A stretch of 64,000 nt of DNA from NCBI GenBank assembly GCA_963663275.1, contig OY760183.1, forward strand, positions 2,560,001-2,624,000, given 5' to 3'. The notes under the pieces are model-generated. The model worked only from the letters and a program-made list of their open reading frames with translations, searched no databases and was not told the DNA's origin. Positions within the stretch are counted from its first letter, which is position 1. Every line of letters begins with the position of its first letter. This DNA comes from Chloroflexota bacterium. Its GTDB lineage: Bacteria; Chloroflexota; UBA11872; VXOZ01. The translations under genes and the position numbers were made by a program. Below, piece by piece: positions 48,893-58,930 of this stretch.

Positions 48893-48922
48893 TTGACACG
48901 TCAGTTTGCGTCACCATACGAT
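48893..48922 (+). promoter_or_regulatory. sigma70 promoter TTGACA-N18-TACGAT
   Basis: consensus -35 and near-consensus -10 about 40 nt upstream of the peptidase start. Confidence 0.6.
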
Positions 48923-48963
48923 AGCAGTACGTCAAACAATTCGAATTCTGGGAGATTTCCATC

Positions 48964-51174
48964 TTGTATCAGAATCGCCGCGCTCTCATACTCTTCGCCG
49001 CCCTCGCGTTGGCCGTATTTGCTCTGGCCGGGTGCGGAACCGTCGTGCTGCAACCCGCGGAAGCGCCCGTTGCCGCTCCGTCCGCAACCGATACCGCGCC
49101 GGTTCCACCAATTGCCGGGGAGCGTCCGTACAGTTTTACCATACACGGGATTACCGTCCAAGATCCCTGGCACTGGCTGCGGGACCAGGACTACCCGACG
49201 GTGGATGACGAGGACGTGCTGGCGTACCTGGAAGCGGAGAACGATTACTTCGCCGCCAGCATGGCGCCGTACCAGGACCTGATCGACACGATTTACAAGG
49301 AAATCGAGGGACGCCAACCGGCGGCACTGACCGGCTTGCCCCAGCGGCGGGGACAGTGGTACTACCAGTGGCGCTACGGCGAAGGCAGCCAGTACCGCGA
49401 ATGGCTGCGCTGGCCCGCCTCCGACCCGGACGCGCGGGAAGGCCCGACCGAGAACGCCGAAGTCTTCCTGGACGAACCGGCGTTGGCCGAGGGCCTGGAA
49501 TACTTCCGTTTGGGCTCACTTACCGTAAGCAACAATGGCTCCCTGCTGGGGTACAGCACCGACACCAACGGCTCGGAACGCTACACCTTGGTAGTCAAGA
49601 ACTTGGAGACCGGCGAGTTGCTAGCGGATGAAGTCACGGAGATGCGAGGCAGGGTCGTGTGGTCCGCCGACGACTCCTCCTTCTTCTACACCGCGCTGGA
49701 CGAAATTGGGCGTCCCTGGCAGGTGCGGCGGCACATCCTGGGCGAGCCGGTCGAACAAGACACCGTGGTGCACGAGGAGGCCGAACCGGGGTTCTTCATC
49801 TCGGTAGCGAGCACTGCCTCCAAGAAATACGTCATCATAGCCGCCGGCGACCACGTGACCTCCGAGTACCGGCTGCTCTTGTCCGACGACCCCACGGCGG
49901 AACCGGTGCTGGTAGCCCCCCGCCGGCCGGGCCACGAATACTCCATCGACCACCAGGGCGACCGCTTCGTCATCCTGACGAACGACAACCACAAGAACTT
50001 CCGCCTGGCCACCGCGTCCGAGGACGACCCCACCGAGGCGGCATGGGAAACCCTCTTGCAGGGCACGGACTCCTTGTACATCAAGGATTTCTATCTGACC
50101 GAGGGCTACATCGCGGTTGAGGAACGGATCGACGGCCTGGACCAGGTGCGCATTATCGACCGCGCCGGGGAGTCGCGGCACATCGACTTCCCCGAGGCGG
50201 CCTACACCGCGTACATCGACTTCGCGCCGGAATTCGACGATACCGCTCTCCGGGTGATATACACGTCCCTGAGCACACCGTGGACCGACTTCGACTATCA
50301 CGTCGAAACGGGTGAACTGGAAGTGCGCAAGGTGCAGGAAATTCCCAGCGGACATGACGCCGCGGCGTACGTGACCCACCGCGAACTGGCGCCGGCGCGG
50401 GACGGCGTGCAGGTGCCGGTGTCGATCGTCCACCACAAGGACACGCCGGTGGATGGTTCCGCGCCCATGTTTCTCTACGCCTACGGCGCGTACGGCTATG
50501 CCCTCTCCCCGTACTTCTCCACCGCCAGACTGTCTATTCTGGAGCGGGGGTTCGTATTCGCCATCGCCCACGTGCGCGGCGGCGACGACCTGGGCTACCA
50601 CTGGTATGAGGCCGGCAAGCTCTTCGAACGTACCAACACCTTCAACGACTTCGTGGACGTGGCGCGCCACCTGATAGACCAAGGCTATACCTCTGAGGGA
50701 CGCATCGCCATTGCCGGGGGCAGCGCGGGCGGGTCCCTGGTGGGGGCCGTCATCAACCAGTCTCCGGAACTCTGGGGCGCGGCGGTTGCCAACGTTCCTT
50801 TCGTGGACATTCTGAACACCATGCTCGACGCCGACCTGCCATTGACCCCGCCGGAGTGGCCCGAATGGGGCAATCCGATCGAGGACAAGGCCGCCTTCGA
50901 GTACATTCGTTCCTACTCGCCCTACGACCAGCTTATGCCGGGCGAGTACCCGCCGATAATGGTGACGGCGGGGCTGAACGACCCGCGAGTGACGTACTGG
51001 GAACCCGCCAAGTACGTGGCCAAACTACGCGCCGTCAAGACGGATGACAATCTGGTGCTGCTAAAGACCGACATGGGCGCCGGACACGGCGGCCGGTCAG
51101 GCCGGTCTGCCCAGTGGTACGAGATCGCCGAGGAATACGCCTTCATCCTGGCGAGCCTGGGCCTGGCGGAATAG
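48964..51174 (+). CDS. ptrB: oligopeptidase B (S9A) with lipoprotein signal
   Basis: DPW.WLRD, GGSAGG catalytic Ser, GLNDPRV.YWEPAK, GAGHGG.SGR; N-terminal LAGC lipobox. Confidence 0.92.
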   Translation: MYQNRRALILFAALALAVFALAGCGTVVLQPAEAPVAAPSATDTAPVPPIAGERPYSFTIHGITVQDPWHWLRDQDYPTVDDEDVLAYLEAENDYFAASMAPYQDLIDTIYKEIEGRQPAALTGLPQRRGQWYYQWRYGEGSQYREWLRWPASDPDAREGPTENAEVFLDEPALAEGLEYFRLGSLTVSNNGSLLGYSTDTNGSERYTLVVKNLETGELLADEVTEMRGRVVWSADDSSFFYTALDEIGRPWQVRRHILGEPVEQDTVVHEEAEPGFFISVASTASKKYVIIAAGDHVTSEYRLLLSDDPTAEPVLVAPRRPGHEYSIDHQGDRFVILTNDNHKNFRLATASEDDPTEAAWETLLQGTDSLYIKDFYLTEGYIAVEERIDGLDQVRIIDRAGESRHIDFPEAAYTAYIDFAPEFDDTALRVIYTSLSTPWTDFDYHVETGELEVRKVQEIPSGHDAAAYVTHRELAPARDGVQVPVSIVHHKDTPVDGSAPMFLYAYGAYGYALSPYFSTARLSILERGFVFAIAHVRGGDDLGYHWYEAGKLFERTNTFNDFVDVARHLIDQGYTSEGRIAIAGGSAGGSLVGAVINQSPELWGAAVANVPFVDILNTMLDADLPLTPPEWPEWGNPIEDKAAFEYIRSYSPYDQLMPGEYPPIMVTAGLNDPRVTYWEPAKYVAKLRAVKTDDNLVLLKTDMGAGHGGRSGRSAQWYEIAEEYAFILASLGLAE

Positions 51175-51509
51175 ACGCGCCGCCCCGATGCTGAACGTGC
51201 TGTGGGGCTTTGAAGTGCCCGGATCTTCCAAGGGCGTCTCACAGCACGCTTAGCGAACGGCGGGTAGACCCACTTTCCGCGTGACGGAGCCTGCCGGTGC
51301 TCACACACCCGAAGCCCTGCTCGTTCTGTCTCTCTTCATCGACGCCGTTGCAACGCCCTGCGCTTCCAGGCCGCCGCCCTGTGGTAGGATTACGCTAACC
51401 GCCTCGTGACTTGGGCGCTGCTCTCCGGCGCCGCCGGCGCTCTTGCGCCGCGCCGCCAGCGCAGGCAGTTGCCGCATCATTGTGATATGACGACTCTCTG
51501 GAGGGCAAC

Positions 51510-52520
51510 GTGGCGAAGTTCACGATCGTGGCATGGGGACGCCCCAACCGGCCTGCCGACTACGCTCTTGAGGAAGAATCTCTGCGGGGCGTTGATGCCC
51601 AGATCGTGGAAGTCACCGCGGCGACGGACGATGAGTTTCTGGAAGGAGCGCGGGACGCGGACGCCCTGATAGTGAGAGGCGTGTCCCTATCGCGGAGAGT
51701 CATCGACGGCCTCGAGCGGTGCAAGCTCATCGCCCTGGACAGCGTGGGCACGAATCACGTCGATATTGCGGCGGCCACCGCCAAAGGCATTCCGGTTACC
51801 AACTGCCCCGACATCAACATCCAGGAGGTAGCGGAGCACACGGCCATGCTCATCCTGGCCGCCCACCGGCGGCTGCTGCTCATGGACAAGGTCGTGCGGG
51901 CAGGGGGCTGGTGGGAAGGTCACCCACCGTTGCGCCGGTTGCCCCGGCTCTACGGGCAGACCCTCGGCTTCATCTCCTTTGGCAACATCCCCCGGGCCGT
52001 TGCGCCGCTGATGAAGCCATTCGGCCTCCGCCTCTTGGCCTACGACCCTTTCGTCATGGAGACCACAATGATTCAATTCGGCGTGGAGCCGGTCGGCTTG
52101 GAGGAGCTATTGCAGCGGTCGGACATTGTTGCAAATCATCTGCCCGGTACCGGCGGCACGGCCAAATTGATTGGGGAGCAACAGTTCCGGCTGATGAAGC
52201 CCACTGCCATATTCGTGAACACCGGCCGGGGTACGACCGTGGACGAGGCGGCTCTGACTCTGGCGCTGGAGGAAGGTCGGATTGCCCACGCCGCTCTGGA
52301 CGTGCTGGCGCAGGAACCGCCAGACCCCAACAATCCCCTGTTCGGCATGGAAAACGTCACGCTGACGCCCCACGTCGCCTCCGCCTCATCCAGAGTATTG
52401 GACGTAAGCCGGCGGCGGGTGGGCCTGGAAATCGCGCTGGTTCTTGGGGGACGCTGGCCGATGTCCTGTGTCAATCCGTCGGTGCTGCCCGGCTCCGGCC
52501 TGCTCCAGTGGCAGTCCTAG
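51510..52520 (+). CDS. D-isomer-specific 2-hydroxyacid dehydrogenase (CtBP-like)
   Basis: VTNCPD, GFISFGNI, VNTGRG..VDE.AL, ALDV..QEP, TPHVAS. Confidence 0.88.
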   Translation: MAKFTIVAWGRPNRPADYALEEESLRGVDAQIVEVTAATDDEFLEGARDADALIVRGVSLSRRVIDGLERCKLIALDSVGTNHVDIAAATAKGIPVTNCPDINIQEVAEHTAMLILAAHRRLLLMDKVVRAGGWWEGHPPLRRLPRLYGQTLGFISFGNIPRAVAPLMKPFGLRLLAYDPFVMETTMIQFGVEPVGLEELLQRSDIVANHLPGTGGTAKLIGEQQFRLMKPTAIFVNTGRGTTVDEAALTLALEEGRIAHAALDVLAQEPPDPNNPLFGMENVTLTPHVASASSRVLDVSRRRVGLEIALVLGGRWPMSCVNPSVLPGSGLLQWQS

Positions 52521-52611
52521 ACGCGGAGCGGCCGCACATAGGCTGGCTGTCGATACCCGGCTGGCCCGCGCGCCCGCAGCAAAGCCCATAAGCAACTGAA
52601 AGAAGCAGAAC

Positions 52612-54252
52612 ATGAATGTGCTGGAAGCGGTCGCCAAGATCCTCAAGAAGGAAGGCGTGGAGTGGGTCTCGTGTTTCCCCTCCAACGAACTGATCGAAGC
52701 GGTCGCCGGCGAAGGCATCCGCACAATCATGTTCCGGCAGGAACGCGGCGCTCTCATGGCCGCCGACGGCTTCAGCCGCGTGAGCAATCGCAACCGGTTC
52801 GGGGTGGCGATTACCCAGGGCGGCCCTGGCGCGGAGAACTCCATGGGCGGCATCGCGCAGGCGTTCGCTGACAACGTACCCATCCTCTACCTCACCGCCG
52901 GTCCGCCCCTGAGCCGCTACGCCGTGCGGCCGGATTTTTCGCCGGTGCGTACCTACCAGAGCGTCTCCAAACGCGGCGAAGTCATCGCGGATCCCGGCCA
53001 GGTTGCCAGCGCCATGCGCCGGGCGTTTCACGCGCTGCGCAACGGCACGCCCGGCCCGGTGATTGTCGAGATTCCCACCGACATGGATACACGGGAAGTC
53101 CCTGAAACGGCGACGCCCTACCAACCGCCCCGCCGGTTCCCGCAACGCCCGTCAGTGAATGATGTCAGGGATGCGGTCGGGCTGCTCCTGGACGCCAAGC
53201 GGCCGGTCATTTGGTCGGGTAAGGGCGTGCTGTTCGCGGACGCGACCGACGAACTGAGAGGGTTGGCCGAGCTTACCCAGATACCGGTGTTTTGCACCAT
53301 GCCCGGCAAGTCGTCTTTCGATGAGCGCCATCCTCTGGCTCTCGGCGCGGGCGGCGCGACGACGACCCTGCCCGCCCGGCGCTGGATCGAGGAGTCCGAC
53401 GTCCTCTTTGCCGCCGGTTCCAGTTTGACCGTCTCGCCCTACGGACAACCCATTCCGGATGGCAAGACCATCATTCAAAACGTCGAAGGCAGCGACGACA
53501 TCAATAAGGACTATCCGGCTGCCATCGGACTGCCGGGGGATACGAAGCTCACGCTGCAAATGATGATCGAGGAAATCAAGAACCGGCTTGGGGAGAACGG
53601 ACGGCGCGGGGAGAATCAGGTAGCCGCGTCCATCGCCGCCTTGAGAGAGCAGTGGCTTGCGGAATGGAGGCCGCTCCTAGACTCCAACGAGACGCCCATC
53701 AACACCTACCGCGTCATCCGCGAGTTGGACAGGACGCTCGACCGGGAGAACAGCATCGTCACCCATGACGCCGGCGCGCCCCGGGACTCGATCTTGCCCT
53801 TCTACACCGCCACGGTCCCCCACAGCTACGTCGGCTGGGGCAAGACGACCCACCTGGGCTTCGGCATCCCCTTGATGATTGGCGCGAAACTGGCCAAGCC
53901 CGATAAGTTCTGCCTCAACTTCATGGGAGACGGCGCGTTCGGCATGTCCGGGCTGGACATCGAGACCTCCGTGCGGGCGGGCGCGCCCATCACCACGGTG
54001 GTCTTGAACAACGGCGACATGGCCACCTATCCGGGCGGGTATCCGCAGGCGCGAGAACGGTTCGACCTCACCTTCATGTCCGGCGACTACGCCAAGATCG
54101 CCGAGGGCCTGGGCGCGGTGGGCATTACCGTCACCGCTCCCTCCGAAGTAGCCCCCGCTCTCAGGAAAGCGCAGCAACTCAACGCGGACGGCAAAACCGT
54201 GCTGCTGGACGTCCACAGCGACATGGAAGGCCGCCGCTCGCGCTTCGACTAG
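52612..54252 (+). CDS. thiamine pyrophosphate-requiring enzyme (acetolactate synthase-like)
   Basis: RQER....ADGFSR, GPGAEN, GDGAFGM...VLNN TPP motif. Confidence 0.9.
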   Translation: MNVLEAVAKILKKEGVEWVSCFPSNELIEAVAGEGIRTIMFRQERGALMAADGFSRVSNRNRFGVAITQGGPGAENSMGGIAQAFADNVPILYLTAGPPLSRYAVRPDFSPVRTYQSVSKRGEVIADPGQVASAMRRAFHALRNGTPGPVIVEIPTDMDTREVPETATPYQPPRRFPQRPSVNDVRDAVGLLLDAKRPVIWSGKGVLFADATDELRGLAELTQIPVFCTMPGKSSFDERHPLALGAGGATTTLPARRWIEESDVLFAAGSSLTVSPYGQPIPDGKTIIQNVEGSDDINKDYPAAIGLPGDTKLTLQMMIEEIKNRLGENGRRGENQVAASIAALREQWLAEWRPLLDSNETPINTYRVIRELDRTLDRENSIVTHDAGAPRDSILPFYTATVPHSYVGWGKTTHLGFGIPLMIGAKLAKPDKFCLNFMGDGAFGMSGLDIETSVRAGAPITTVVLNNGDMATYPGGYPQARERFDLTFMSGDYAKIAEGLGAVGITVTAPSEVAPALRKAQQLNADGKTVLLDVHSDMEGRRSRFD

Positions 54253-54335
54253 TAATTTCCGGCACTAGCGCTTGTAGGACTATTGGCTCGACCAGGGATG
54301 CCAGACCACGTTGTTCCGGGTAGAAGAGGCAAGTC

Positions 54336-54842
54336 ATGGCCGACAAGATTCGTCTTCCACATGAGGGCGAGGAGATCGACCGAATCATTCGCCAGATCAA
54401 GGCAGCGGTCCAAGAAACGCGGAAGACGGTAGTAGCCGGGGTCGAGGTCACGTATTCGGTTTGCGATCCGTGGCCGCCCGGCATGGATCCGGCTATGTAC
54501 GACTCTGACGGCAACATATACCTTCCGGACAGCTTCTTGCGGTCAGACCCCACCACCGCCGCCCTGGCCGCATTGCACGAACACATCGAAGTCATCCACA
54601 AGCGCGCCGGTAGGAGCCACGGGTACGCGCACCATCGGGGTCTGCTCCATGAATTCCTGGCGGCCAAAGCGGTTTACGATAGGGACGGGCTCAAAGAGTT
54701 CATCCACTATAGGGTGTTTGAGTATCCAGACTGGAAGATTCCCAACAAGAGCGTTATAGAAGAGAAACTGTGCGAGCTTCTCTCAGTTGACAATCCCCGG
54801 CGTGGCGAACTCTTGGAAGTGTTCAGAGAGGCGCGCATGTAG
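54336..54842 (+). CDS. hypothetical protein, His-rich putative metal-binding (LHEHIE...HGYAHH)
   Basis: 168-aa ORF with AGAGG RBS filling the gap; no family recognised. Confidence 0.65.
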   Translation: MADKIRLPHEGEEIDRIIRQIKAAVQETRKTVVAGVEVTYSVCDPWPPGMDPAMYDSDGNIYLPDSFLRSDPTTAALAALHEHIEVIHKRAGRSHGYAHHRGLLHEFLAAKAVYDRDGLKEFIHYRVFEYPDWKIPNKSVIEEKLCELLSVDNPRRGELLEVFREARM

Positions 54843-55000
54843 AGTCTTGGCGAGCCTGGACTAGTGCGACGGCAGCGGACGGAGAGCAATGACAGACGGC
54901 TCACAGCCTTACGATTGCGCGTGACGTCACCGTGAATGTCCGGCCAATCCCAAGGCAATGATGGTTTTTCGGCAGTAGGATTGTTGGAAAGGGAGAAACT

Positions 55001-55642
55001 GTGAAATTCGATGCCGAGAGTCACCTAAGCGCGATGGAGCGCTCCGTGTCTTTTCTGGAGCGCGACGGCAGTCCCGCCAGTGACGTCTCGCTTGCCCGTG
55101 TCTATGCAACCACGGCCTCAGAGTTGTGGGACGCCGTGACGAACGCTGTGCGCATTCCCCGCTTTTTCACCGGGATCAGCGGCGAGCTTGAACTCGGCGG
55201 CCGCTACCAATTGGAAGGCAACGCCGGCGGCACGATCACCGGCTGCGAGCCGCTTTCACATTATGCCGTCACCTGGGAATTTGCCGGTGACGTTAGCTGG
55301 GTCGAGGTGCGGCTCTCTGATGCCGGAGCCAGCGGCATACGGCTCGCGCTCACCCACACCGCCCGTCTCTCGCCGCACTGGGACACGTACGGGCCGGGCG
55401 CGGCCGGCGTGGGCTGGGAAATGGGGTTTCTGGGCCTCGCCTTTCATCTGGCGCGGCCGGACGCGCCCAGGCCGGACGAAATGGAGTTTGCCACTTCACC
55501 GGACGGCAAGGCGTTCATCACCGGCAGCAGCGAGGGTTGGGCGCAAGCGGCGATCGCGTCGGGCACGGACCCCGCCGCCGCAGTTTCGGCGGCGCGGCAA
55601 ACGACCGCGTTCTACACGGGTGAGGCTGCGGACTCCACCTGA
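55001..55642 (+). CDS. SRPBCC / AHSA1-like (START fold) protein
   Basis: LWDAVT...RIPR.F, GGRYQLEGNAGG.I, GPGA.GVGW. Confidence 0.82.
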   Translation: MKFDAESHLSAMERSVSFLERDGSPASDVSLARVYATTASELWDAVTNAVRIPRFFTGISGELELGGRYQLEGNAGGTITGCEPLSHYAVTWEFAGDVSWVEVRLSDAGASGIRLALTHTARLSPHWDTYGPGAAGVGWEMGFLGLAFHLARPDAPRPDEMEFATSPDGKAFITGSSEGWAQAAIASGTDPAAAVSAARQTTAFYTGEAADST

Positions 55643-55696
55643 CACGCGGGCGCTGTCGCTCCACAGCAGACGGAAACGGTGCGGAGTCCATAGCAA

Positions 55697-55731
55697 ACCC
55701 GGTCACGCCCCAATACGAGGCGTGACCGGGT
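55697..55731. terminator. 13-bp hairpin between convergent genes
   Basis: ACCCGGTCACGCC / GGCGTGACCGGGT; no clear U-tract. Confidence 0.5.
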
Positions 55732-55769
55732 GCAAGCGCATCTTGGGCAGCGGGAGTCTTCGTGAACCG

Positions 55770-56216
55770 TCAGGCGTTGCTCCGGCGCAGGGCCACGTAC
55801 GTGACTACCGTCGACGTAATCAGGCTGAGCAGCCCGCCAATCAGAATGTCCACGGGCACCAGAAGCGTGGGCCAGGTGGACATCATCAGGTAGATGGGCA
55901 CGATGTAGGTGGCGTAGGCCGCGCAGCCGAGCACGAAGCTGTTCTGCATCGCCCGCCGCAGGCTGCGTTCCTTGAGCGCCGGCTCGATTGCCAGGTAGCT
56001 ATTGGCAAGCGCAATCAGCAAGAGAAACGCCAGCAAGGAAACGAACTGGGCGCCGCCCCACGTGTCCATCGGCCTGCCGAACGTGTCCAAGAGCTCGGTA
56101 TTGCCGCTCTCGTCGTAGAGGCTCTTGTACATGCCGGTCGCAATGGGCGAAAGATTCCACCCCACGTCGATGACGGTGTACACTACGAACGCTGCTATGA
56201 ATCTAACGTATTGCAT
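55770..56216 (-). CDS. DUF2177-like membrane protein
   Basis: 4 TM segments, ID..W, LG..AYATY, W......VDI..G. Confidence 0.65.
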   Translation of the reverse strand: MQYVRFIAAFVVYTVIDVGWNLSPIATGMYKSLYDESGNTELLDTFGRPMDTWGGAQFVSLLAFLLLIALANSYLAIEPALKERSLRRAMQNSFVLGCAAYATYIVPIYLMMSTWPTLLVPVDILIGGLLSLITSTVVTYVALRRSNA

Positions 56217-56371
56217 TCTCACTCACTCCCTGGTGAAAACTGCGTATCCGTCACCGCCCCTTTATACCATTTTTGTTGCTTGTCCGACAAGGAGCGCAAG
56301 GTGGCAGCACACAGCCGTCTCGGATTCGTAATACAATGAGCGTGGAATCTGAAGATTGCAGGAGGAAGAAA

Positions 56372-56788
56372 GTGGGAGCAACACACGTAACCGTCAGGAT
56401 TACGAACCCCGCGGCGCCGGACAAATTCTGGGAGGGTCTTTTTCTGGTCGATACCGGGGCGACCGATTCCCTGGTACCCAGACAGCACCTGGAAGCTATT
56501 GGTCTGGAACCCAGGGGGCGGAGAATTTATCAACTGGCCGATGGCAGCGACCTTGTTCTCGATGTCACGGTTGCAGAGATAGAGTTCATGGGAGAGATCG
56601 TCGGCGGGACGATCATCTTCGGCGAGCCCGAGGCGGAACCGCTGCTGGGCGTAACCGCGCTGGAGTCGGTCGGTATCGAGGTGGACCCGCTCAACCAACG
56701 GCTAAAGAGGCTGCCGACCGTGCGCCTCAAAGGGCTGGCGCCCGCGAATTGCCGCAGCGGACTCGGCAGCCCGGCAGAGACACTGTGA
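56372..56788 (+). CDS. clan AA (retropepsin-like) aspartic protease, AF_0612-like
   Basis: LVDTGA catalytic motif, LADG flap, LLGVTALE..G..VDP; GGAGG RBS before GTG. Confidence 0.85.
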   Translation: MGATHVTVRITNPAAPDKFWEGLFLVDTGATDSLVPRQHLEAIGLEPRGRRIYQLADGSDLVLDVTVAEIEFMGEIVGGTIIFGEPEAEPLLGVTALESVGIEVDPLNQRLKRLPTVRLKGLAPANCRSGLGSPAETL

Positions 56789-56876
56789 GAGAGTACCGGA
56801 GGCAACGCGCTGTCGGCTAAGGATCGGTTGAGTAGCGGCCAGTCTTACCGAGAGAACTCCCGTGGAAAGGTAGAAG

Positions 56877-57539
56877 GTGAGTGACTGCGAATATGTATTC
56901 CTAGACGAGTCCGGGAATCTAGACTTTAGCGCCAGTGGGACACGCTACTTTGTGTTGACCAGCGTGAGCACAAGAAGGCCGTTTACGTGGCGCAAGTCGC
57001 TAGACGACCTGAAATATGACTGTCTTGAGTACGGTTTGGAGAACGAGTATTTCCATTGCGCAGACGACAACAAGCATGTGCGGAACAAGGTGTTCAATAT
57101 AATCGGCGAGCACCTCAGCGACATGCGCATCGACAGCCTGATCGTAGAAAAGAGCAAGACCGCTCCGGCGTTGGCGGCGGATTCACGTTTCTATCCTGAA
57201 ATGCTGGGCCACCTCCTTAAGAACGTGCTACGTGAGAGAATGGGTGTAGAATCTGAAGAGTTCATTGTCATCACCGATGCCGTTCCTCTGAAAAAGAAGC
57301 GTAAAATGGTCCAAAAAGCCGTCAAGATCGCGCTGGCAAATGTGCTGCCACGCGGCAAGAAGCACCGCATCTTGCATCATGACTCCCGTTCACACTACGG
57401 GTTGCAACTTGCGGATTACAGTTGCTGGTCAGTGTTTCGAAAGCATGAGAGAGGCGAAACAGCGTACTTCCAACGAATTTCGTCGGCGGTGCGCAGCGAG
57501 TTCGACATATTTGCGAGAGGCGCCACGCACTATTATTGA
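56877..57539 (+). CDS. DUF3800 domain protein (RNase H-like fold)
   Basis: N-terminal FLDESG and C-terminal LQLAD (QxxD) motifs; lower GC than neighbours. Confidence 0.82.
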   Translation: MSDCEYVFLDESGNLDFSASGTRYFVLTSVSTRRPFTWRKSLDDLKYDCLEYGLENEYFHCADDNKHVRNKVFNIIGEHLSDMRIDSLIVEKSKTAPALAADSRFYPEMLGHLLKNVLRERMGVESEEFIVITDAVPLKKKRKMVQKAVKIALANVLPRGKKHRILHHDSRSHYGLQLADYSCWSVFRKHERGETAYFQRISSAVRSEFDIFARGATHYY

Positions 57540-57562
57540 TGCGCATCACCCGTTAAAAGTGA

Positions 57563-57619
57563 CCTCCCCGACTACTCCGTTTCCGGAGAGAGCCCCTTGG
57601 GCTCTTGTCATCAGGGAGG
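57563..57619 (+). ncRNA. candidate DUF3800-associated structured RNA (three-way junction)
   Basis: outer stem CCTCCCCGA/TCAGGGAGG enclosing hairpins CTCCG-TTTC-CGGAG and AGAGCCC-CTT-GGGCTCT, 23 nt after the DUF3800 stop. Confidence 0.6.
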
Positions 57620-57769
57620 AACCTTTGTTTCAATCGTAGCATATTGTGGGACGAGCGCTCAACCAACAAGTAACAGCAAACTGAGCGCATGCCGAAAATC
57701 CGAAGCTGATTCTGTACAGTTTTGGATTTTCAGACAGTTTCAGCCGGAGCAGTCGAGAGGAGCCGCAGC

Positions 57770-58873
57770 ATGAGAATTCGCTCGCATGACCCGGACTGGG
57801 AAGGCCCCCGCGCGGACAAGGCCGTGGCCGAAACCGCGCCCAAGGGGAATTACCGCGCCGCCGTCGTCGGCTGCGGCCGCATGGGCAGCACCATCGACGA
57901 CGAGCACGTGGGCAAGCCCCACTATCCGTGGCCGTGGGCGCACGCGCCCGGCATCATCGAGGCGCGCAACGTAGAACTCGTCGCCGCCGCGGACGTCGAT
58001 CCCAGGCGGCTGGCCTACTTTGGCGAACGGTGGGGCGTACAGGCGCTCTACGCCGACCTGCATGAGATGGTGGCCAAAGAGCACCCCGACATCGTCTGTG
58101 TCACCACCGGGCCTGTGGAACGCGCCGCAGTGGTCGTGGCTCTAGCGGAGGCGGGTGTCAAGGCCATTTACGCCACCAAACCCATGTGCCGCACCCTCGC
58201 CGAGGCCGATGAGATGATCGCGGCCTGCCGGCGCGCCGGTACAATTCTCGCCATTGCCGCGCACCTCAACTGGTACGCGCCGTACACCAACGCCAAGGCC
58301 CTCATCGACAGCGGCGAAATTGGGTCGCTGCGCTCGATGGTCTGCCACAGCCCGCTGCCGCTCTCCAACATCTACAGCCACACGCTCTGCCTCTTCGCGT
58401 TGTTCGCCGGAGCGCCGGCCCGGTGGGTCCACGGCCACATGGACGACGCGGAACGAGCGCAAACCAACGAAGACCAGAGCGGCTCCGGCATGATCGGCTA
58501 CGAAAACGGCGTGCTGGGATACGTGAACTCCCATGCTCCCGCAAGAAGCTGGACCATGGAGTTCCACTGCGAACGCGGCCGCGTGCTGACCCGCAACCAC
58601 CACGCCTGGTTCGAGCTATGGGGCCACAGCGATGACGAACTGGAGGGCGACTTCCAACGGCAATTCCCGTTCCCGTGGCGGCCGCGCAGTTCCATGGTGG
58701 ACGCCATCGAGGGCGTGGCCCGCTCCATCGAGGCCGGTGTTGAAACGACGTGCCCCGGCGAGTTTGGCCGCGAGGCCCTGGAAATCGGCATCGCCATACG
58801 CGAATCCTATCGCAGCGGTGTCCGCCTGGACTTGCCGCTGCAGGACCGCAGCCTCCGCCTCGGCAGCGGCTAG
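57770..58873 (+). CDS. Gfo/Idh/MocA family oxidoreductase
   Basis: VGCGRMG, LVAAAD, PDIVCVTT, KPM; GAGGAG RBS before ATG 57770. Confidence 0.85.
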   Translation: MRIRSHDPDWEGPRADKAVAETAPKGNYRAAVVGCGRMGSTIDDEHVGKPHYPWPWAHAPGIIEARNVELVAAADVDPRRLAYFGERWGVQALYADLHEMVAKEHPDIVCVTTGPVERAAVVVALAEAGVKAIYATKPMCRTLAEADEMIAACRRAGTILAIAAHLNWYAPYTNAKALIDSGEIGSLRSMVCHSPLPLSNIYSHTLCLFALFAGAPARWVHGHMDDAERAQTNEDQSGSGMIGYENGVLGYVNSHAPARSWTMEFHCERGRVLTRNHHAWFELWGHSDDELEGDFQRQFPFPWRPRSSMVDAIEGVARSIEAGVETTCPGEFGREALEIGIAIRESYRSGVRLDLPLQDRSLRLGSG

Positions 58874-58930
58874 CGCACGATCGCTGCACGGCATTGATGC
58901 CTGAATCGTCGCATTATGCTACGATAATAT

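Noticed and set aside
48315-48896. Short repetitive ORFs across the 60-bp array
   Set aside because: Open only because the unit length is a multiple of three; no RBS or recognisable protein
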